The notes: a model not told the origin generated them from the sequence alone. 64,000 nt of DNA from an uncultured Desulfosarcina sp. (GCA_963674945.2 CAXXWQ010000004.1:1696001-1760000), one strand, 5' to 3'. Positions 49,925 through 62,440 are shown, counted from the stretch's first letter. Numbers and translations: made by a program.

Positions 49925-51073
49925 CTAAGATGCGATAGCGAAATACTCCGGCGAGCAAACCGTAATACCTTTCTTGATCTGAAAAGGCGCTTCCACCGGC
50001 GCGATAACCCATGCGGAATCGGGTTTCATTGTCGCAACCAATTCATGGAATCCCCGGGAGGGCTTGGGTGCCTTTGACAATTTGCACTCCAGCACATGCC
50101 GCTGGCCGGCACGCTCTAACAGCAGATCTACTTCGGCGCCATTGGTAGTGCGTAAAAACGAGGGTCGCCAGCGTTTATGGGTCGCAATGATATTTTCGAT
50201 CACAAAACCTTCCCAGGATGCGCCGACAATTGGGTTGGCCAGAAGAAAGTCGTACGATTCGATATCAAGCAAGGCATGCAGAACACCGCTGTCACGCAGA
50301 AATATTTTAGGGGATTTGATCAACCGTTTTTTAAGGTTCGTCCCGGCCGCCGGCAAGAGACGCACCATATACGTCTGCTCCAGAAGGGCGAGGTATTTTT
50401 TAAGTGTCGGAATGGATATATCCGCGGCCGTGGCCAGTTTTTGATAGTTGACGGTTTGTCCATGGTAATGGGCCAGCAACATCCAGAGGCGCTCTATGAC
50501 GGGGATGGGAACAGAAAATCCCAATTGGGGGATGTCTCGTTCCATGAACGTACGGATAAAATCGAGCCGCCAATCAAAGCTTTCCCGGCCATTTTCAGCC
50601 AGGACACTTTCCGGAAAGCCGCCCCGAAGCCACAGATCGGACCAGGGTGACATGTGTGCCACCTCGTGAAGTAAAAATGGCGTCAGGTCATGGTATGCGA
50701 TACGCCCTGCCAAGGACTCGGTGGTCTGCTTGATAAGATCACGTGATGCCGAACCCAGAATCAGAAACCGGCCCGGTCGGCGATCCTTATCAATCTCGGA
50801 ACGAAGCACGGCGAAAAACTCCGGCAGCCGTTGGATCTCATCAAGGCAGACCAGCTTTTCGCGATAGCGATCGAAAAACAACTCGGGTTCGGCCAGTTTG
50901 TTGCGGTCCACTCGATCCTGAAGGTCAAGATAGACCGCGGAAAGATCCTTGATCAGCATCTTAGCGGTCGTGGATTTCCCACACTGCCGTGGACCGAGGA
51001 TGGCAACGGCCGGCGAACGAGCCAGGGACCGTTTTATATCTTTCTCGATGAATCTTGAAATATATCCATGCAT
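49925..51073 (-). CDS. AAA ATPase with DUF4143 domain
   Basis: GPRQCGKST, DEIQ, LGSAS, ESLAGR, RGGFPES, KSPK...DSG, EVDLL. Confidence 0.9.
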   Translation of the reverse strand: MHGYISRFIEKDIKRSLARSPAVAILGPRQCGKSTTAKMLIKDLSAVYLDLQDRVDRNKLAEPELFFDRYREKLVCLDEIQRLPEFFAVLRSEIDKDRRPGRFLILGSASRDLIKQTTESLAGRIAYHDLTPFLLHEVAHMSPWSDLWLRGGFPESVLAENGRESFDWRLDFIRTFMERDIPQLGFSVPIPVIERLWMLLAHYHGQTVNYQKLATAADISIPTLKKYLALLEQTYMVRLLPAAGTNLKKRLIKSPKIFLRDSGVLHALLDIESYDFLLANPIVGASWEGFVIENIIATHKRWRPSFLRTTNGAEVDLLLERAGQRHVLECKLSKAPKPSRGFHELVATMKPDSAWVIAPVEAPFQIKKGITVCSPEYFAIAS

Positions 51074-51297
51074 ATCACAAAATACTGTTTTTGATTTTCA
51101 TGGATAATACCGATTTCCCAGGCAGGATGTCAACTCATTTTTCCCCCTTTTCGGGGGAGTCGGCGAACGGCCCGATTCGAGGGGATTGAGCAGAGAAGAG
51201 TAAAGTTACAATCGTACTAAAGGTATAAGTGATTATCGGAAGGGTTCCTTACCTTTAGGCACTTTAGCGCATTTATAAACTTTCAAATTTTAGCTGT

Positions 51298-52857
51298 TCA
51301 GGGAAGGTAGATTTTGCAAAGGTCCTGAAAAGAGGAGACCTGGACTTTTTCCCATTTTCGGTCTTTCTGCAGTTCCTTGGCCATCACCGCTGCCACAACC
51401 GGTGCCGCCTCACCGGCAGCCCTGGCATTCAATACCAGGCATCGGGTTCTTCGGGCCAAAACATCTTCCACGGTTCGGGCAGCCTCATAACGTACGGACC
51501 ATAAAATCTCACCGATCCTGGAGGGAAGATCCGGATGTATCTTTTCCTTTTTGGTTGGATCGGCACGCATCATGTCTAAAATGGACGGTGCATCCGATCC
51601 ATAAATTTGATATTCCCCGAATTTCTCGGCAGATTTATGATATCCGTGGATATTCAGATCTTTGGTCACACAGGGCTTGAATTCCAGATTGGCCAGAGAC
51701 ACCGCATGATTCACCGTGAGTTTTGCCATTCGACGGTAGGTGGTCCATTTGCCGCCGGCAACGGTGAGCAATCCGGAATTTGAGATGTGAATATAATGAT
51801 CTCTGGAAAGTTTGGCGGTATTTTTTTCCTCTTCCACCTTCACCAGTGGCCGAATACCGGCAAAAACGCTCAATATATCTTCCCGTGACGGGCTCTTGGC
51901 CAGGTAGGTCCCTGCGGTTTCCAGGAGAAAGTCAATTTCCTCCGACATAGGGCGGGGTTCTAAAGAGACTTCCGGAATGGGGGTGTCTGTGGTACCCACC
52001 AGGGTTTTGCCCATGTAGGGGATGGCGAACATCACCCGGCCGTCACTGGTATGGGGCACCATGATGGCGGATTTGCCGGGAAGAAACGCATTGTCCAGGA
52101 CAAGGTGGATACCCTGGCTGGGAGCAATGATATCGGGTTCCTCGGGATCATCCATGTGAAGGATATGATCGGAAAAGGGACCGGTGGCATTGATGACCAC
52201 TTTGGACAAAACGGTAAATTCCTTTTGGCCTTCCATGTCTTTGAAAACAACGCCGTTGATGAAACCGCTATCGTCTTTGGTCAGCGCCGTTACGGCTGCA
52301 TAGTTGATCAGCGCCGCTCCCTGGTGCGAAGCGGTCCGAGCCAGGTTGAGAAGCAGCCGGGCATCATCAAACTGACCGTCGTAGTAAATGGTTCCACCGC
52401 GCAGACCTTCTTTCCTTATAGTGGGGATGCGCTCCAGTGTCTCATTTTTGGAGAGTGATTTGGAGGTGCCGAAACCGAACTTGCCGGCGAGCATATCATA
52501 GACTTTGAGTCCGATGCCGTAGAACGGCGCTTCCCACCAGTCGTAATTGGGAACAATAAAGGCCAGGTCATGAACGAGATGGGGGGCGTTGTTACGCAAG
52601 ATGCCCCGCTCTCGAAGGGCTTCCATGACGAGTGAGATGTTTCCCTGCTGCAGGTATCGAACGCCACCATGGATAAGTTTTGTGCTCCGGGAAGAAGTGC
52701 CTTTGCCGAAATCATGCTGTTCCAGCAGTAGAATATCATATCCCCGGGATGCGGCATCCACGGCAATTCCCATCCCCGTTGCCCCTCCGCCGATGACAAC
52801 CATATCCCAGAGGGTGGAACGATCTTCGAGTCGGCTGATCATTTCATCGCGATTCAT
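51298..52857 (-). CDS. glpD: FAD-dependent glycerol-3-phosphate dehydrogenase/oxidase
   Basis: GGGATG, GTSSRSTKLIHGGVRYL, NATG, GGKWTTYR. Confidence 0.93.
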   Translation of the reverse strand: MNRDEMISRLEDRSTLWDMVVIGGGATGMGIAVDAASRGYDILLLEQHDFGKGTSSRSTKLIHGGVRYLQQGNISLVMEALRERGILRNNAPHLVHDLAFIVPNYDWWEAPFYGIGLKVYDMLAGKFGFGTSKSLSKNETLERIPTIRKEGLRGGTIYYDGQFDDARLLLNLARTASHQGAALINYAAVTALTKDDSGFINGVVFKDMEGQKEFTVLSKVVINATGPFSDHILHMDDPEEPDIIAPSQGIHLVLDNAFLPGKSAIMVPHTSDGRVMFAIPYMGKTLVGTTDTPIPEVSLEPRPMSEEIDFLLETAGTYLAKSPSREDILSVFAGIRPLVKVEEEKNTAKLSRDHYIHISNSGLLTVAGGKWTTYRRMAKLTVNHAVSLANLEFKPCVTKDLNIHGYHKSAEKFGEYQIYGSDAPSILDMMRADPTKKEKIHPDLPSRIGEILWSVRYEAARTVEDVLARRTRCLVLNARAAGEAAPVVAAVMAKELQKDRKWEKVQVSSFQDLCKIYLP

Positions 52858-52898
52858 CTGACAAACTCCTTACCTTCCAGAAATGAAAGTGGCAGGCA

Positions 52899-53960
52899 TC
52901 AGGAATAGACCAGGTTAAGACTGATGGGCGGGTATTTGCTGACGCCGGGCTTGGGCAATACATGCTGGTCGCCAACGGCGAGCCAGTTCACATCCGGATT
53001 GATCTCCCGCAGTTTTCCGTCTTCCGGTGGACGGGAATGGGTGGTGTAGGCATAGGTGACCTGGAAAATACACACGTGATACCTGCCCTTTGTCGCCACG
53101 ACATAATTCTTTTTGAAAATGCGGGGAGACAACTGCTGGGATTCGGCAATCTGCCGGAGTTCATCGTTGGAGAGCTGAACCAGGACCGCCTTGGATACGC
53201 CTCTTTCAGAAAGCCGGTAGAGTGCACGGGATTCACTACTTCCGGCATATATGGTCGAAATGCAGGGGACGCGTTTCAGGTACTGGGCCGCCGTCATGGC
53301 AGCCGTGCGCCGCCCGCCCACCATCATCGGCATTCCGTAGTACTCGAAAAGCTTTCGCTGAACCAGTTCGGCGTATTTGTCGCCCTTTTCATACAGGTCC
53401 TTTGATATATACCGCAGGTTCTGGGCCAGATCTTCCGCCGCATCTGCGATGGGCCAATCGATTCTCACATGATAATGGGTAAGGCTATAGCGGTTACTGG
53501 CTCGGGTGACGGGATCACGCTGAATCAACAAAGCATAATCCACGGGCAAGAGAAGTTTTAAAAAATCGTAAAAATGAACCGAATCGATATATCTGTGCGA
53601 TCGGTCGAACTGGTCGGGCAGGGGCAGCGCCTTGTTCTGGATCAGATTGGTCTTCGTGGGTTTGTTTACATTGAAGAAACGAATATACTTTTTATGGACG
53701 GCGGGAATGATGTCTTCGACGAAAATCACGAGAAATGTTTTCTGACATTCGTATTCGATCCCCGGAATCCTCGCCCGGGGTTTGAGTTCTCTCTTCTCGA
53801 TAAAGGGATATGCAAGATTGCGTTCTTGGAACTGATTGTAAGATTGGATCAGGGCGTAATCCAGCATGAACTGGTCCAATTCGTCCCTGAGCAGCTCATA
53901 ATAGGAACGCCGAAGGCGATTGAACTGGCTTAGTTCTTCTCGTACGCTCCAAAATGCCAC
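52899..53960 (-). CDS. Hypothetical protein (353 aa)
   Basis: Long ORF with SD GGAGG and GTG start, in the pgk-glpD gene string; family not recognised. Confidence 0.8.
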   Translation of the reverse strand: MAFWSVREELSQFNRLRRSYYELLRDELDQFMLDYALIQSYNQFQERNLAYPFIEKRELKPRARIPGIEYECQKTFLVIFVEDIIPAVHKKYIRFFNVNKPTKTNLIQNKALPLPDQFDRSHRYIDSVHFYDFLKLLLPVDYALLIQRDPVTRASNRYSLTHYHVRIDWPIADAAEDLAQNLRYISKDLYEKGDKYAELVQRKLFEYYGMPMMVGGRRTAAMTAAQYLKRVPCISTIYAGSSESRALYRLSERGVSKAVLVQLSNDELRQIAESQQLSPRIFKKNYVVATKGRYHVCIFQVTYAYTTHSRPPEDGKLREINPDVNWLAVGDQHVLPKPGVSKYPPISLNLVYS

Positions 53961-54035
53961 GTCGACCCCTCCCCGATCGCATTGTCATCAGATCTTCTTG
54001 TGATTAGGTATAGTTATCACGAATACGATTGTGGG

Positions 54036-54752
54036 TCAACGGCTGCCGGGTGCTTTTCCATTCAGTTTTTCCACCGCGCGATAGATTCGATCCCGATAGC
54101 GGATACACAGGTAGGCAACCAGCAACGTCACCGAAAAAACAATGGCAAACACTACGTAGTTTTTTTCGAACAAAAAGTGCCCCTGAACACTCAACATGAG
54201 GGTTCCCGGCATTCTGCCGATGGAAGCAATGAACAAAAAAGCCTTGAGAGGAAGTGCCGTGATGCCTAAAAAAAGGCAAAGGTAGTCCTTGGGAAACCCC
54301 GGAAAAACAAAGAGAATGGAAAGCACGATGATTCCCTGCCGTTTGACCAGATGGTCGAATCGCTTGCGCTTTTCATCGGGAATCCAACGCCTCACGAAAT
54401 GACTGCCCAGGTATCGACCGATACCAAAATTGATCCACGAGCCGATGGCGAGCGCAAGGCTCGAATACAAAAAGCCCTTTCCCCAGCCAAATATGTACCC
54501 GCCGATGAATCCGGTGACCTCTCCCGGAACGGGGGCGATGATCACCTGAAGCATTTGAAGCGCCATGAACGCCAATGGCGCTCCATCACCAAAGGCGGTG
54601 ACGAAATGCTCCACCTCATCCCGATCCGAGATCCAACCATATGCGACCATCAATCCCGTCCCGATTTCATGGCGGAAATAGATGACCGGCACCAATGCCA
54701 CGAACAGCACACCGCCGATCCAGTAACGCTTCCTATGTTTCCCGGCTTTCAA
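54036..54752 (-). CDS. TVP38/TMEM64 (DedA/VTT) membrane protein
   Basis: [33 protein letters not shown]. Confidence 0.9.
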   Translation of the reverse strand: MKAGKHRKRYWIGGVLFVALVPVIYFRHEIGTGLMVAYGWISDRDEVEHFVTAFGDGAPLAFMALQMLQVIIAPVPGEVTGFIGGYIFGWGKGFLYSSLALAIGSWINFGIGRYLGSHFVRRWIPDEKRKRFDHLVKRQGIIVLSILFVFPGFPKDYLCLFLGITALPLKAFLFIASIGRMPGTLMLSVQGHFLFEKNYVVFAIVFSVTLLVAYLCIRYRDRIYRAVEKLNGKAPGSR

Positions 54753-55949
54753 TTACCTGTCCGTCAATGCCGCCACACCGGGAAGCGTCTTTCCCTCCAG
54801 AAACTCGAGGGAGGCCCCACCACCGGTGGAGACATGGGACATCTGATCTGCCAAACCGGCCTTTTCCACCGCTGCGGCCGAATCCCCTCCGCCGATTATC
54901 GTTACGGCCCCGCCGCTGGTGGCTTCTGCCAGAACCCGGGATACAGCCAGGGTTCCACCGGCCGTCTCCTCGATCTCAAAAACCCCCATGGGCCCGTTCC
55001 ACACGATGGTTTTTGCTCCATTCAGAATCTCCTTGAATCGGGCAACACTGGCCGGCCCGATGTCCAAGGCGATGTCATCCGCAGCGATGGCCGCCGCGGT
55101 CTTGGATTCAAGAGCGCCGACGGTTCTATCATCGAAGTTGAATTGCTTGCTGCACAGGCAATCCACGGGAAGTATCAGCTTCTCCCCCCCTTTTTCCATC
55201 AGGGATCGGGCGAGGTCTATTTTGTCGGATTCCAGCAGGGATTTTCCGATTTCCAGTCCCTGGGCCGCAAAAAAGGTGTAGGCCATACCGCCACCTATGA
55301 TCAGACGATCCACCTTGGGCAGAAGGGCGTCGATCACATCGATCTTACCGGAAATCTTCGCTCCTCCGAGTATTGCGATAAATGGGTGTTTGGGATTTTC
55401 CACCGCATCGCCGAGGTAGGCGAGCTCCTTTTCCATGAGATATCCCATGGCGCATCGGTCGATAAAATGCGTCACCCCTTCGGTTGAGGCATGGGCACGG
55501 TGGGCCGTTCCGAATGCATCGTTCACGTAAAGATCGGCCAGCGCGGAAAGGGCCTTCGCAAATTCCTGGTCGTTGTCCGTCTCCGCCTTGTAAAATCGAA
55601 GGTTTTCCAAAAGCAGCACCCCTCCGGAAGAGAGCGCCGCCACGGCCTCCTCGGCCACCGGCCCGATACAATCTTCTGCAAAGGCCACCGGCTGGTCCAG
55701 CAGAGAAGAGAGAACGTCCGCACACGGTCCAAGGGAGAGTTCCGGCACCCGCTTTCCCTTTGGACGGCCCAGATGGGACATGAGAATCAACCGCCCCTTT
55801 CGGGCAAGGATCTCCTTGATGGTGGGCAGCGCCGCCCGAATACGCTTGTCGTTCGCCACTTTTCCCTTTTCCAACGGGACATTGAAATCCACTCGCATGA
55901 GCACCCGACGATCCGCCACGTCTAGATCGGAAATTGTAAGTTTGGCCAT
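54753..55949 (-). CDS. pgk: Phosphoglycerate kinase
   Basis: [38 protein letters not shown]. Confidence 0.99.
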   Translation of the reverse strand: MAKLTISDLDVADRRVLMRVDFNVPLEKGKVANDKRIRAALPTIKEILARKGRLILMSHLGRPKGKRVPELSLGPCADVLSSLLDQPVAFAEDCIGPVAEEAVAALSSGGVLLLENLRFYKAETDNDQEFAKALSALADLYVNDAFGTAHRAHASTEGVTHFIDRCAMGYLMEKELAYLGDAVENPKHPFIAILGGAKISGKIDVIDALLPKVDRLIIGGGMAYTFFAAQGLEIGKSLLESDKIDLARSLMEKGGEKLILPVDCLCSKQFNFDDRTVGALESKTAAAIAADDIALDIGPASVARFKEILNGAKTIVWNGPMGVFEIEETAGGTLAVSRVLAEATSGGAVTIIGGGDSAAAVEKAGLADQMSHVSTGGGASLEFLEGKTLPGVAALTDR

Positions 55950-55958
55950 TGTTCCTCC

Positions 55959-56228
55959 TTACGGTTTCTTTTTCTGCTGCATACTCAGCGCCTTCTTCCG
56001 GGACCATCGCTCGAAAAAACCGAGCCGGCCGGACTGGTACGCCCGGTCCACCATCTCCTGCCGAACGGAAATACCGCCCTTTTGCCCCATGGCTTTTCTC
56101 AGGCATTCGGTTTTATAATAACAGGGCATGCAGGACTCCGGCGTGTTCCGCAACCCGTCTTCGCCCATGGGAAAGACGGTTTCCAAGTCTCCATAACAGG
56201 GGGGGAATTTTTTCGAAGGATCGGTCAT
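55959..56228 (-). CDS. Small Cys-containing hypothetical protein
   Basis: PPCYGDLETVFP...CMPC...ECLR; directly upstream of pgk. Confidence 0.7.
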   Translation of the reverse strand: MTDPSKKFPPCYGDLETVFPMGEDGLRNTPESCMPCYYKTECLRKAMGQKGGISVRQEMVDRAYQSGRLGFFERWSRKKALSMQQKKKP

Positions 56229-56343
56229 TGTTTTATTCTCAAGATAAGACGACTCGTGTAAATGGAATCCAAGATGAGCCGCTGGCTGTTAGCAATCCAG
56301 ATCAGCGAACGTTCAACTTCGAACTTCGATCAAAATGAATATC

Positions 56344-57087
56344 TTACGCAGGCGAACGTCCCGCCGATTCGGTTACCTCTCCTTTCAGGCGGGCCATGTG
56401 CCCGTGGTCGGCGAAACTGAAGTACCCATCGGCACCGATGATCAGGTGTTCATGTACGGTGATGCCCATCAGGTCGCATGCCTGTATCAGCTTTCGCGTG
56501 ATGGCCATGTCGTCGGAGGATGGCGCCGGATCACCCGAGGGATGGTTGTGGGCGAAGATCAGCGCGGCCGCGGAATGAGACATGGCGGCTTTGACCACTT
56601 CCCGGGGATAGACGACACTCGCGGTCACCGTACCGGTGAAAAGAATTTCGTCGGCGATCACCCGATTTTTCGCGTCCAGGTAGATGGCGACGAAACACTC
56701 CCTTTTCCGGTCCCGAATAGTGAGATTGAGGTAATCAAACAACTCGCGTGAATTGCTCAGGGTGGTCTTTCCATCCAGCCGTTGCCGGAGGTACCGCCGG
56801 GAAACCGCTGGAATCAGTTTGAGACCGAACAGGTTCTTGGGGCCGATCCCCGGCACGCTGCAAAGATCACCCGGCTCTGCTTCCAGAACCGCCTGAAGGG
56901 TTTTGAACCGGTTCAGGGCCGATTTTGCTGCCGCCTTGCAATCCTTTCGAGGCGTCCCCAACGTCAGTAAAAGCTCGATGACTTCGTAATCGTGAAAGCC
57001 ATCCAAGCCGTACCGGAGGAAACGGTCACGCAACCGTTGACGGTGCCCCGCCCCCTTGTGTGCCGGTTTTTTCTCCTTGTCTGCCAC
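56344..57087 (-). CDS. radC: RadC/UPF0758 JAB-domain protein
   Basis: GHRQRLRDRF, ELLL, VYPREV, AHNHPSG, HLII; GTG start at 57087. Confidence 0.95.
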   Translation of the reverse strand: MADKEKKPAHKGAGHRQRLRDRFLRYGLDGFHDYEVIELLLTLGTPRKDCKAAAKSALNRFKTLQAVLEAEPGDLCSVPGIGPKNLFGLKLIPAVSRRYLRQRLDGKTTLSNSRELFDYLNLTIRDRKRECFVAIYLDAKNRVIADEILFTGTVTASVVYPREVVKAAMSHSAAALIFAHNHPSGDPAPSSDDMAITRKLIQACDLMGITVHEHLIIGADGYFSFADHGHMARLKGEVTESAGRSPA

Positions 57088-57150
57088 CGGTCTCTCCCTT
57101 GGCAAAACCTACAGCGGCAAGCTCGACAATCACCCATTTAGGTTGAACCG

Positions 57151-58185
57151 TCAGGTTTCGTCCAGTTCTCCCTTTAGATCCCGCGTCATCAGCTGAAACA
57201 AGGCGGTTTTGGGATCGAGGTCGTCGTAGAGCACATGATAAACGGCGTGACAAATGGGCATCTCTACGCCCAATTTTCTGGAAAGATTATATACGGATCG
57301 GGCGGTCTTTACCCCTTCGGCCACCATGTGCATCTTTTCCAGCAGATCCCCGAGTTTTTTCCCCTCGCCGATCTGTTTGCCGATGGTGTGGTTGCGACTC
57401 AGGTCGCCGGTGCAGGTAAGGATGAGGTCCCCGGCACCGGCCAGACCGGTGAAGGTGCGGGGCTGGGCATCCAATGCCAACCCCAATCGTCGCAGTTCCA
57501 CCAGCCCTCTCGTGATCAGGGCGGCACGGGTGTTGAGCCCCAGGCCGAGTCCATCGATAACGCCGGCGGCGATGGCGATGACGTTTTTCACCGCCGCTCC
57601 CAATTCGGCACCGATCATATCGTTGATGGTGTATACCCGGAAATAGGGGGTGGCGAAAACCTGCTGGACCGTCTCGGCCGTGTCGATGTCACGGGACGCG
57701 ACGGTCACCAGGGTAGGCACCTCACGGGCCACCTCCTTGGCAAAGCTGGGACCGGTCAAGACAGCCAGACGATCCGGTGACAGTCCGGGAATGACCTGGG
57801 CCAAGACGCCGGACATGGTCAGGTGGGTCTGGTTTTCGATTCCCTTGGAAGCGCTGACAACGATGGTACGAGGATCGATGGCATGGCCGCATTGCTCCAA
57901 GGTCCGGCGGGTGACATGGGAGGGTGTCACCACCAGGATCAGATCCTTGTCGGTCGCCACCGATAGAAGATCACAGGTGGGATGGAGATTTTCTGAAAGC
58001 GTCACGCCGGGAAGGAAACGCCGATTCTCCCGCTCATCGATCATTTGATCCTTTACATCTTGTTCATATACCCAGTGGTCAACGGAAAATCCTTTTCGTG
58101 CCAGCAAATTGGCCAGGGCGGTTCCCCAGCTTCCGGCACCGACCACGCCGATGTTCATCGTTTGGATATCCACATTCGTCTTCAT
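57151..58185 (-). CDS. gpsA: NAD(P)H-dependent glycerol-3-phosphate dehydrogenase
   Basis: [39 protein letters not shown]. Confidence 0.98.
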   Translation of the reverse strand: MKTNVDIQTMNIGVVGAGSWGTALANLLARKGFSVDHWVYEQDVKDQMIDERENRRFLPGVTLSENLHPTCDLLSVATDKDLILVVTPSHVTRRTLEQCGHAIDPRTIVVSASKGIENQTHLTMSGVLAQVIPGLSPDRLAVLTGPSFAKEVAREVPTLVTVASRDIDTAETVQQVFATPYFRVYTINDMIGAELGAAVKNVIAIAAGVIDGLGLGLNTRAALITRGLVELRRLGLALDAQPRTFTGLAGAGDLILTCTGDLSRNHTIGKQIGEGKKLGDLLEKMHMVAEGVKTARSVYNLSRKLGVEMPICHAVYHVLYDDLDPKTALFQLMTRDLKGELDET

Positions 58186-60659
58186 TGATTCTCATCCTCG
58201 GGGACCGATTCGCCGTTCTCTTCCTCCTTTTCGGCCAGGCCTGCGGCGCTGACCACCCGTTCTTCCTCGTCCATGACGATCAGCCTTACCCCTTGCGTAT
58301 TGCGGCTGATGACCGAGGTACCGGAAACAGGCATACGGATCAGTTTTCCCTTGTTGGTTACAAGCATCAGATCATCGTCGTCCTGGACCAGGATATTGGT
58401 GACGACCTGACCGTTTCGCTCGTTGGTCTTGATGGTGATCACGCCCTTGCCACCGCGCCTGTGGATCGGGTACTCGTCAATAGAGGTCCGTTTGCCGTAG
58501 CCGTTTTCCGTCACGGTGAAAAGGGTCTGACCGTGCTGCAGCACTTCCATGCCCACGACACGGTCCCCTTTGTCCAGGCTCATCCCCCGAACACCGCGCG
58601 CCCCTCTTCCCGTAGGCCTGACATCCGACTCGTGAAAACGAATGGATTTTCCCATGGCGGAACCAAGAAACACGTTCTGGGTACCATCGGACAACTTGGC
58701 CGCGATGAGCTCGTCCCCTTCGGCCAATCCGAGGGCGATGATCCCGCCGGCGCGGGGTCGGCTGAAGGCCATCAGGTCGGTCTTTTTCACCGTACCGTTG
58801 CGGGTTGCCATGAGCACCTGCATGCCCGGTTCGAATTGGGGTACGGCCAATACGGCGGACATCCGTTCCCCTTCGGAAAAATCCAGGAGGTTGACGATGG
58901 CCTTGCCCCGACTCTGCCGGCCGGCCTGGGGGATGTCGTAGACCTTGCACCAGTAGACCCTTCCCCTGTTTGTAAAAAACAAAAAGTTGTGGTGGGTGGA
59001 CGCGATGAAGAGGTGAGAGACGAAATCCTCCTCCTTTGTTCCCATGGCGGTCTTCCCTTTGCCGCCTCGTTTCTGGCTCTGGTACAGGGTTATGGGGTTT
59101 CGTTTGATGTAACCGGTGTTGGAGATGGTCACGACCATATCCTCTTCGGCAATCATGTCTTCGATGGTCAGTTCCCTGGTGTCGGCCAGAATCTGGGTCC
59201 GCCGCTCGTCTTCGAACTCGCCCTTCAAGATGTCCAGTTCGTTTTTGATAATGCCCAGCACCATCACTTCGCTACCGAGAATCTCCTTGTACCGGGCGAT
59301 GTCCTGCAAAACCGCGTCGTACTCCTCTACGATCTTGTCCCGCTCCAGCCCGGTGAGACGCTGGAGGCGCATATTCAGTATTTCCTGTGCCTGAATGGCG
59401 GTAAGATCGAAGCGTTGGATGAGCCGCTCCTTTGCCTCAGCAGGGGTCTTGGACTCGCGGATCAGCTGGACCACCGCATCCAGGTTGTCCAGGGCCACTT
59501 TCAACCCTTCCAGGATGTGGGCACGGGCTTCGGCCTTGTTCAGATCATAACGGGTGCGGCGGATGACGATCTCTTTACGGTGGAGGACAAAATTTTGCAG
59601 GACCTGTTTGAGGGTGAGAATCTGGGGGCGACCGTTGACCACCGCCAGCAGGATGATCCCGAAACTGCTGGCCATCTGGGTGTGTTTGAAAAGCTGATTG
59701 ACGATCACACCTGCCATGTGGTCTTTCTTTACGCCCATGGCGATGCGCATTCCCCGGCGGTCGGACTCGTCTCTTACGTACCGAAGTCCTTCGATGACCT
59801 TATGCTTCATCAGTTCGGCAATCTTCTCGATGAGCCGTGCCTTGTTCACCTGATAGGGAATTTCGGTGACGACGATGGTCTCCTGCCCGGTCTTCTTGTC
59901 CTCCTCGACATCCACCAGGGCACGGCAGCGAACGATGCCCCTTCCGGTCTCGTAGGCATCACGGATCCCGGCAGTCCCGTGAATCGTCCCTGCCGTGGGA
60001 AAATCCGGCCCGGGTATGTGGGACATGAGTTCTCCACAGGTGATCTTTGGATTGTCGATGAGGGCCTTGATGCCTTCGATCACCTCGGAAAGGTTATGGG
60101 GTGGGATGTTGGTGGCCATCCCCACGGCGATGCCGGATGATCCGTTGACCAGAAGGGCCGGGAATTTTGCCGGCAGCACCGAGGGCTCGGTCGTGGACTC
60201 GTCGTAATTGAGCACCATGTTGACGGTCTCTTTGTCCAGATCCTCGAGCATCTCATGGGCCAGTCGCATCATGCGGACTTCGGTGTACCGCATGGCCGCC
60301 GGCGGGTCGCCGTCGATGGAACCGAAGTTGCCCTGGCCGTCCACCAACGGATAGCGCATGGAAAAGTCCTGGGCCATGCGAACGATGGTGTCGTATACGG
60401 CCGTATCGCCATGGGGATGGTACTTACCGATCACGTCACCCACGATGCGGGCCGACTTCTTATAGGGTTTGTTGTAGTCGTTCTTCAATTCCCGCATGGC
60501 GTAAAGGACGCGACGGTGAACGGGTTTGAGCCCGTCGCGTACGTCGGGAAGGGCTCGACCGATGATCACGCTCATGGCGTAATCGAGGTAAGACTTCTTC
60601 ATCTCCGCTTCGATACTGATATTAGGGCTTTGCAGGACTTCGGTGGTGTCGTTACTCAT
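58182..60659 (-). CDS. gyrA: DNA gyrase subunit A
   Basis: [31 protein letters not shown], GyrA-box QKRGGKG. Confidence 0.99.
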   Translation of the reverse strand: MSNDTTEVLQSPNISIEAEMKKSYLDYAMSVIIGRALPDVRDGLKPVHRRVLYAMRELKNDYNKPYKKSARIVGDVIGKYHPHGDTAVYDTIVRMAQDFSMRYPLVDGQGNFGSIDGDPPAAMRYTEVRMMRLAHEMLEDLDKETVNMVLNYDESTTEPSVLPAKFPALLVNGSSGIAVGMATNIPPHNLSEVIEGIKALIDNPKITCGELMSHIPGPDFPTAGTIHGTAGIRDAYETGRGIVRCRALVDVEEDKKTGQETIVVTEIPYQVNKARLIEKIAELMKHKVIEGLRYVRDESDRRGMRIAMGVKKDHMAGVIVNQLFKHTQMASSFGIILLAVVNGRPQILTLKQVLQNFVLHRKEIVIRRTRYDLNKAEARAHILEGLKVALDNLDAVVQLIRESKTPAEAKERLIQRFDLTAIQAQEILNMRLQRLTGLERDKIVEEYDAVLQDIARYKEILGSEVMVLGIIKNELDILKGEFEDERRTQILADTRELTIEDMIAEEDMVVTISNTGYIKRNPITLYQSQKRGGKGKTAMGTKEEDFVSHLFIASTHHNFLFFTNRGRVYWCKVYDIPQAGRQSRGKAIVNLLDFSEGERMSAVLAVPQFEPGMQVLMATRNGTVKKTDLMAFSRPRAGGIIALGLAEGDELIAAKLSDGTQNVFLGSAMGKSIRFHESDVRPTGRGARGVRGMSLDKGDRVVGMEVLQHGQTLFTVTENGYGKRTSIDEYPIHRRGGKGVITIKTNERNGQVVTNILVQDDDDLMLVTNKGKLIRMPVSGTSVISRNTQGVRLIVMDEEERVVSAAGLAEKEEENGESVPEDENQ

Positions 60660-60709
60660 GGTTGGTTTCTATCCTTCTTAGCGCCGCCGGTGAAACACCG
60701 GATTCACCT

Positions 60710-61807
60710 TCATGGCCGGTTCGATGGGGGTTGTGAATGTTCAATTAATTTCTGGTAACTGGAATGATATATATCGGTCAACGTGAGAAAGGCGGTGGCA
60801 ATCAACGGACCGTAAATGATGCCGAGGATACCGAAGATATTAAGACCGCCGATAATAGACAAAAAAACCAGTAGCGTGTGCATCTGAACCCTTTTTCCAA
60901 CCACCCGTGGCTTTAGAATATACTCGACGCCGCCAGACAGCAACAAATAAAAAATCAGGAAAAACAGGCTTGTGGCCACACGACCTTTTAAAAAAAGGAA
61001 AATCACCGTGGGCACGAAGACCACTGCGATACCGACTATGGGCAAAAAGGCCAGAAGGGTCATGATTACCCCCCACAAAAAAGCGGATTGGAGGCCGAAC
61101 AGCCAGAAGAGTACCCCTCCGGCGGTCCCCTGGATGATCCCGCACAACCCGTTGCCCACGAGGATGGCGCCGGCCATGTCGTTGAACTTCTCGATCAGTT
61201 GGGTATCCTGCTCTTCGGGCAATGGTGAAAGGTCCACCAGAAACCGGACCAGTCTCGGGCCGTCTATGAGCAGGAAATAGATCACCAGAAGCATAAGAAA
61301 GAAATTTCCCAAAAGCGCCAGGGTGTTTGACGCAATGGCACGGGCCTGATCGTAAAGGAACAGGCCCACGACCCTGCCGATATCGCTGATGGTCTTGTTT
61401 AATTCCTCTCCGGTAATGGCAATGTCGAAATTGGCCAGGAGCGGATTGATCCGCCCCAAAAGAGCGCTGTTGGTGAAATGAGCGTTGATGAAGCTGGACA
61501 GGGCGGGACTCCGGGCCAGTTGAATCAGTTCGTACGCCTCCTGGGTAATAATGCCCACGAGCAAAACGGTAGGCACGAAGAGGATGAAAAAGATCAGCAG
61601 GCAGGTCAAGAAAGAGGCAAATCCGTTACTGATTTGCTCGAAGTCGGCCAGGAATCTGTAAATGGGATAGTTCGCACCGGCAATGACGGCCCCCATTACG
61701 ATGATGGAAAAAAAGGGGGACAACAGCCACCCCATCAGATAGATCGACAGGAGAAAACAGGCCAGAAAAAACCATAGAATCATATTTTGAGGATTCAGTT
61801 CTTCCAT
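60710..61807 (-). CDS. AI-2E family transporter
   Basis: YFLLIDG, QG..GG, P.VG, LKPRVVG, GG...FG..GIIYGP. Confidence 0.92.
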   Translation of the reverse strand: MEELNPQNMILWFFLACFLLSIYLMGWLLSPFFSIIVMGAVIAGANYPIYRFLADFEQISNGFASFLTCLLIFFILFVPTVLLVGIITQEAYELIQLARSPALSSFINAHFTNSALLGRINPLLANFDIAITGEELNKTISDIGRVVGLFLYDQARAIASNTLALLGNFFLMLLVIYFLLIDGPRLVRFLVDLSPLPEEQDTQLIEKFNDMAGAILVGNGLCGIIQGTAGGVLFWLFGLQSAFLWGVIMTLLAFLPIVGIAVVFVPTVIFLFLKGRVATSLFFLIFYLLLSGGVEYILKPRVVGKRVQMHTLLVFLSIIGGLNIFGILGIIYGPLIATAFLTLTDIYHSSYQKLIEHSQPPSNRP

Positions 61808-61985
61808 GCTTCCCTCACCGACCGGTGTGTATCGATTTGACTGTGTGGTTAGGCGCGATCCGAACGAAATCTGCGCAAACGCCTTTTCGTAGGGGAATGG
61901 AGGCATTTGCGCAGAATGTAGGTTGAATTTGTCAGACTCGGAAGGTCAATTGTCAACCGTTACCGACAGGTGTATGCCGGGTGGT

Positions 61986-62141
61986 TTATCTGCTGATGAT
62001 GGCACCGGCAGTTAGATAGAGCAATATCTCGTAGATGGTGACGGGGATATAGCTGCCGGCAAATCCGTAAACGATTCCGCCACCAATGATCGCAGGAACG
62101 CCGAAGAAAACGAGAATTCCCAATTTCCTACTGATATTCAT
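61986..62141 (-). CDS. Small two-TM membrane protein (51 aa)
   Basis: SD GGAG then MNISRKLGILVFFGVPAIIGGGIVY... Confidence 0.65.
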   Translation of the reverse strand: MNISRKLGILVFFGVPAIIGGGIVYGFAGSYIPVTIYEILLYLTAGAIISR

Positions 62142-62440
62142 ACTCAATTCTCCTGTTTTTATATAATGGATAGCGGATTGTTTACCTCGTCGAAACCAGA
62201 GGTTGTCTAACAATAACGATCGAGAAAGTAAAGGAAAAAGTCGCGACTCTCGACAATGGCAATGTCCAAATACGGTCAGCCTGCCCACCGTGTCTTGATT
62301 ATTGGAGGGACTGCTGGTACACATGTTGCGTAAATATGGAGTCCCGACTGACAAAACAATTCATAGGGACTTTAACGTCGAACTTCCAACATCGAAGGTT
62401 GAATGAACTGCAATTACGCACCAATGGTACACCAAGCCAT

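Noticed and set aside
57924..60140. 738-aa plus-strand ORF
   Set aside because: Antisense shadow of gyrA with no recognisable motifs; typical of high-GC codon bias.
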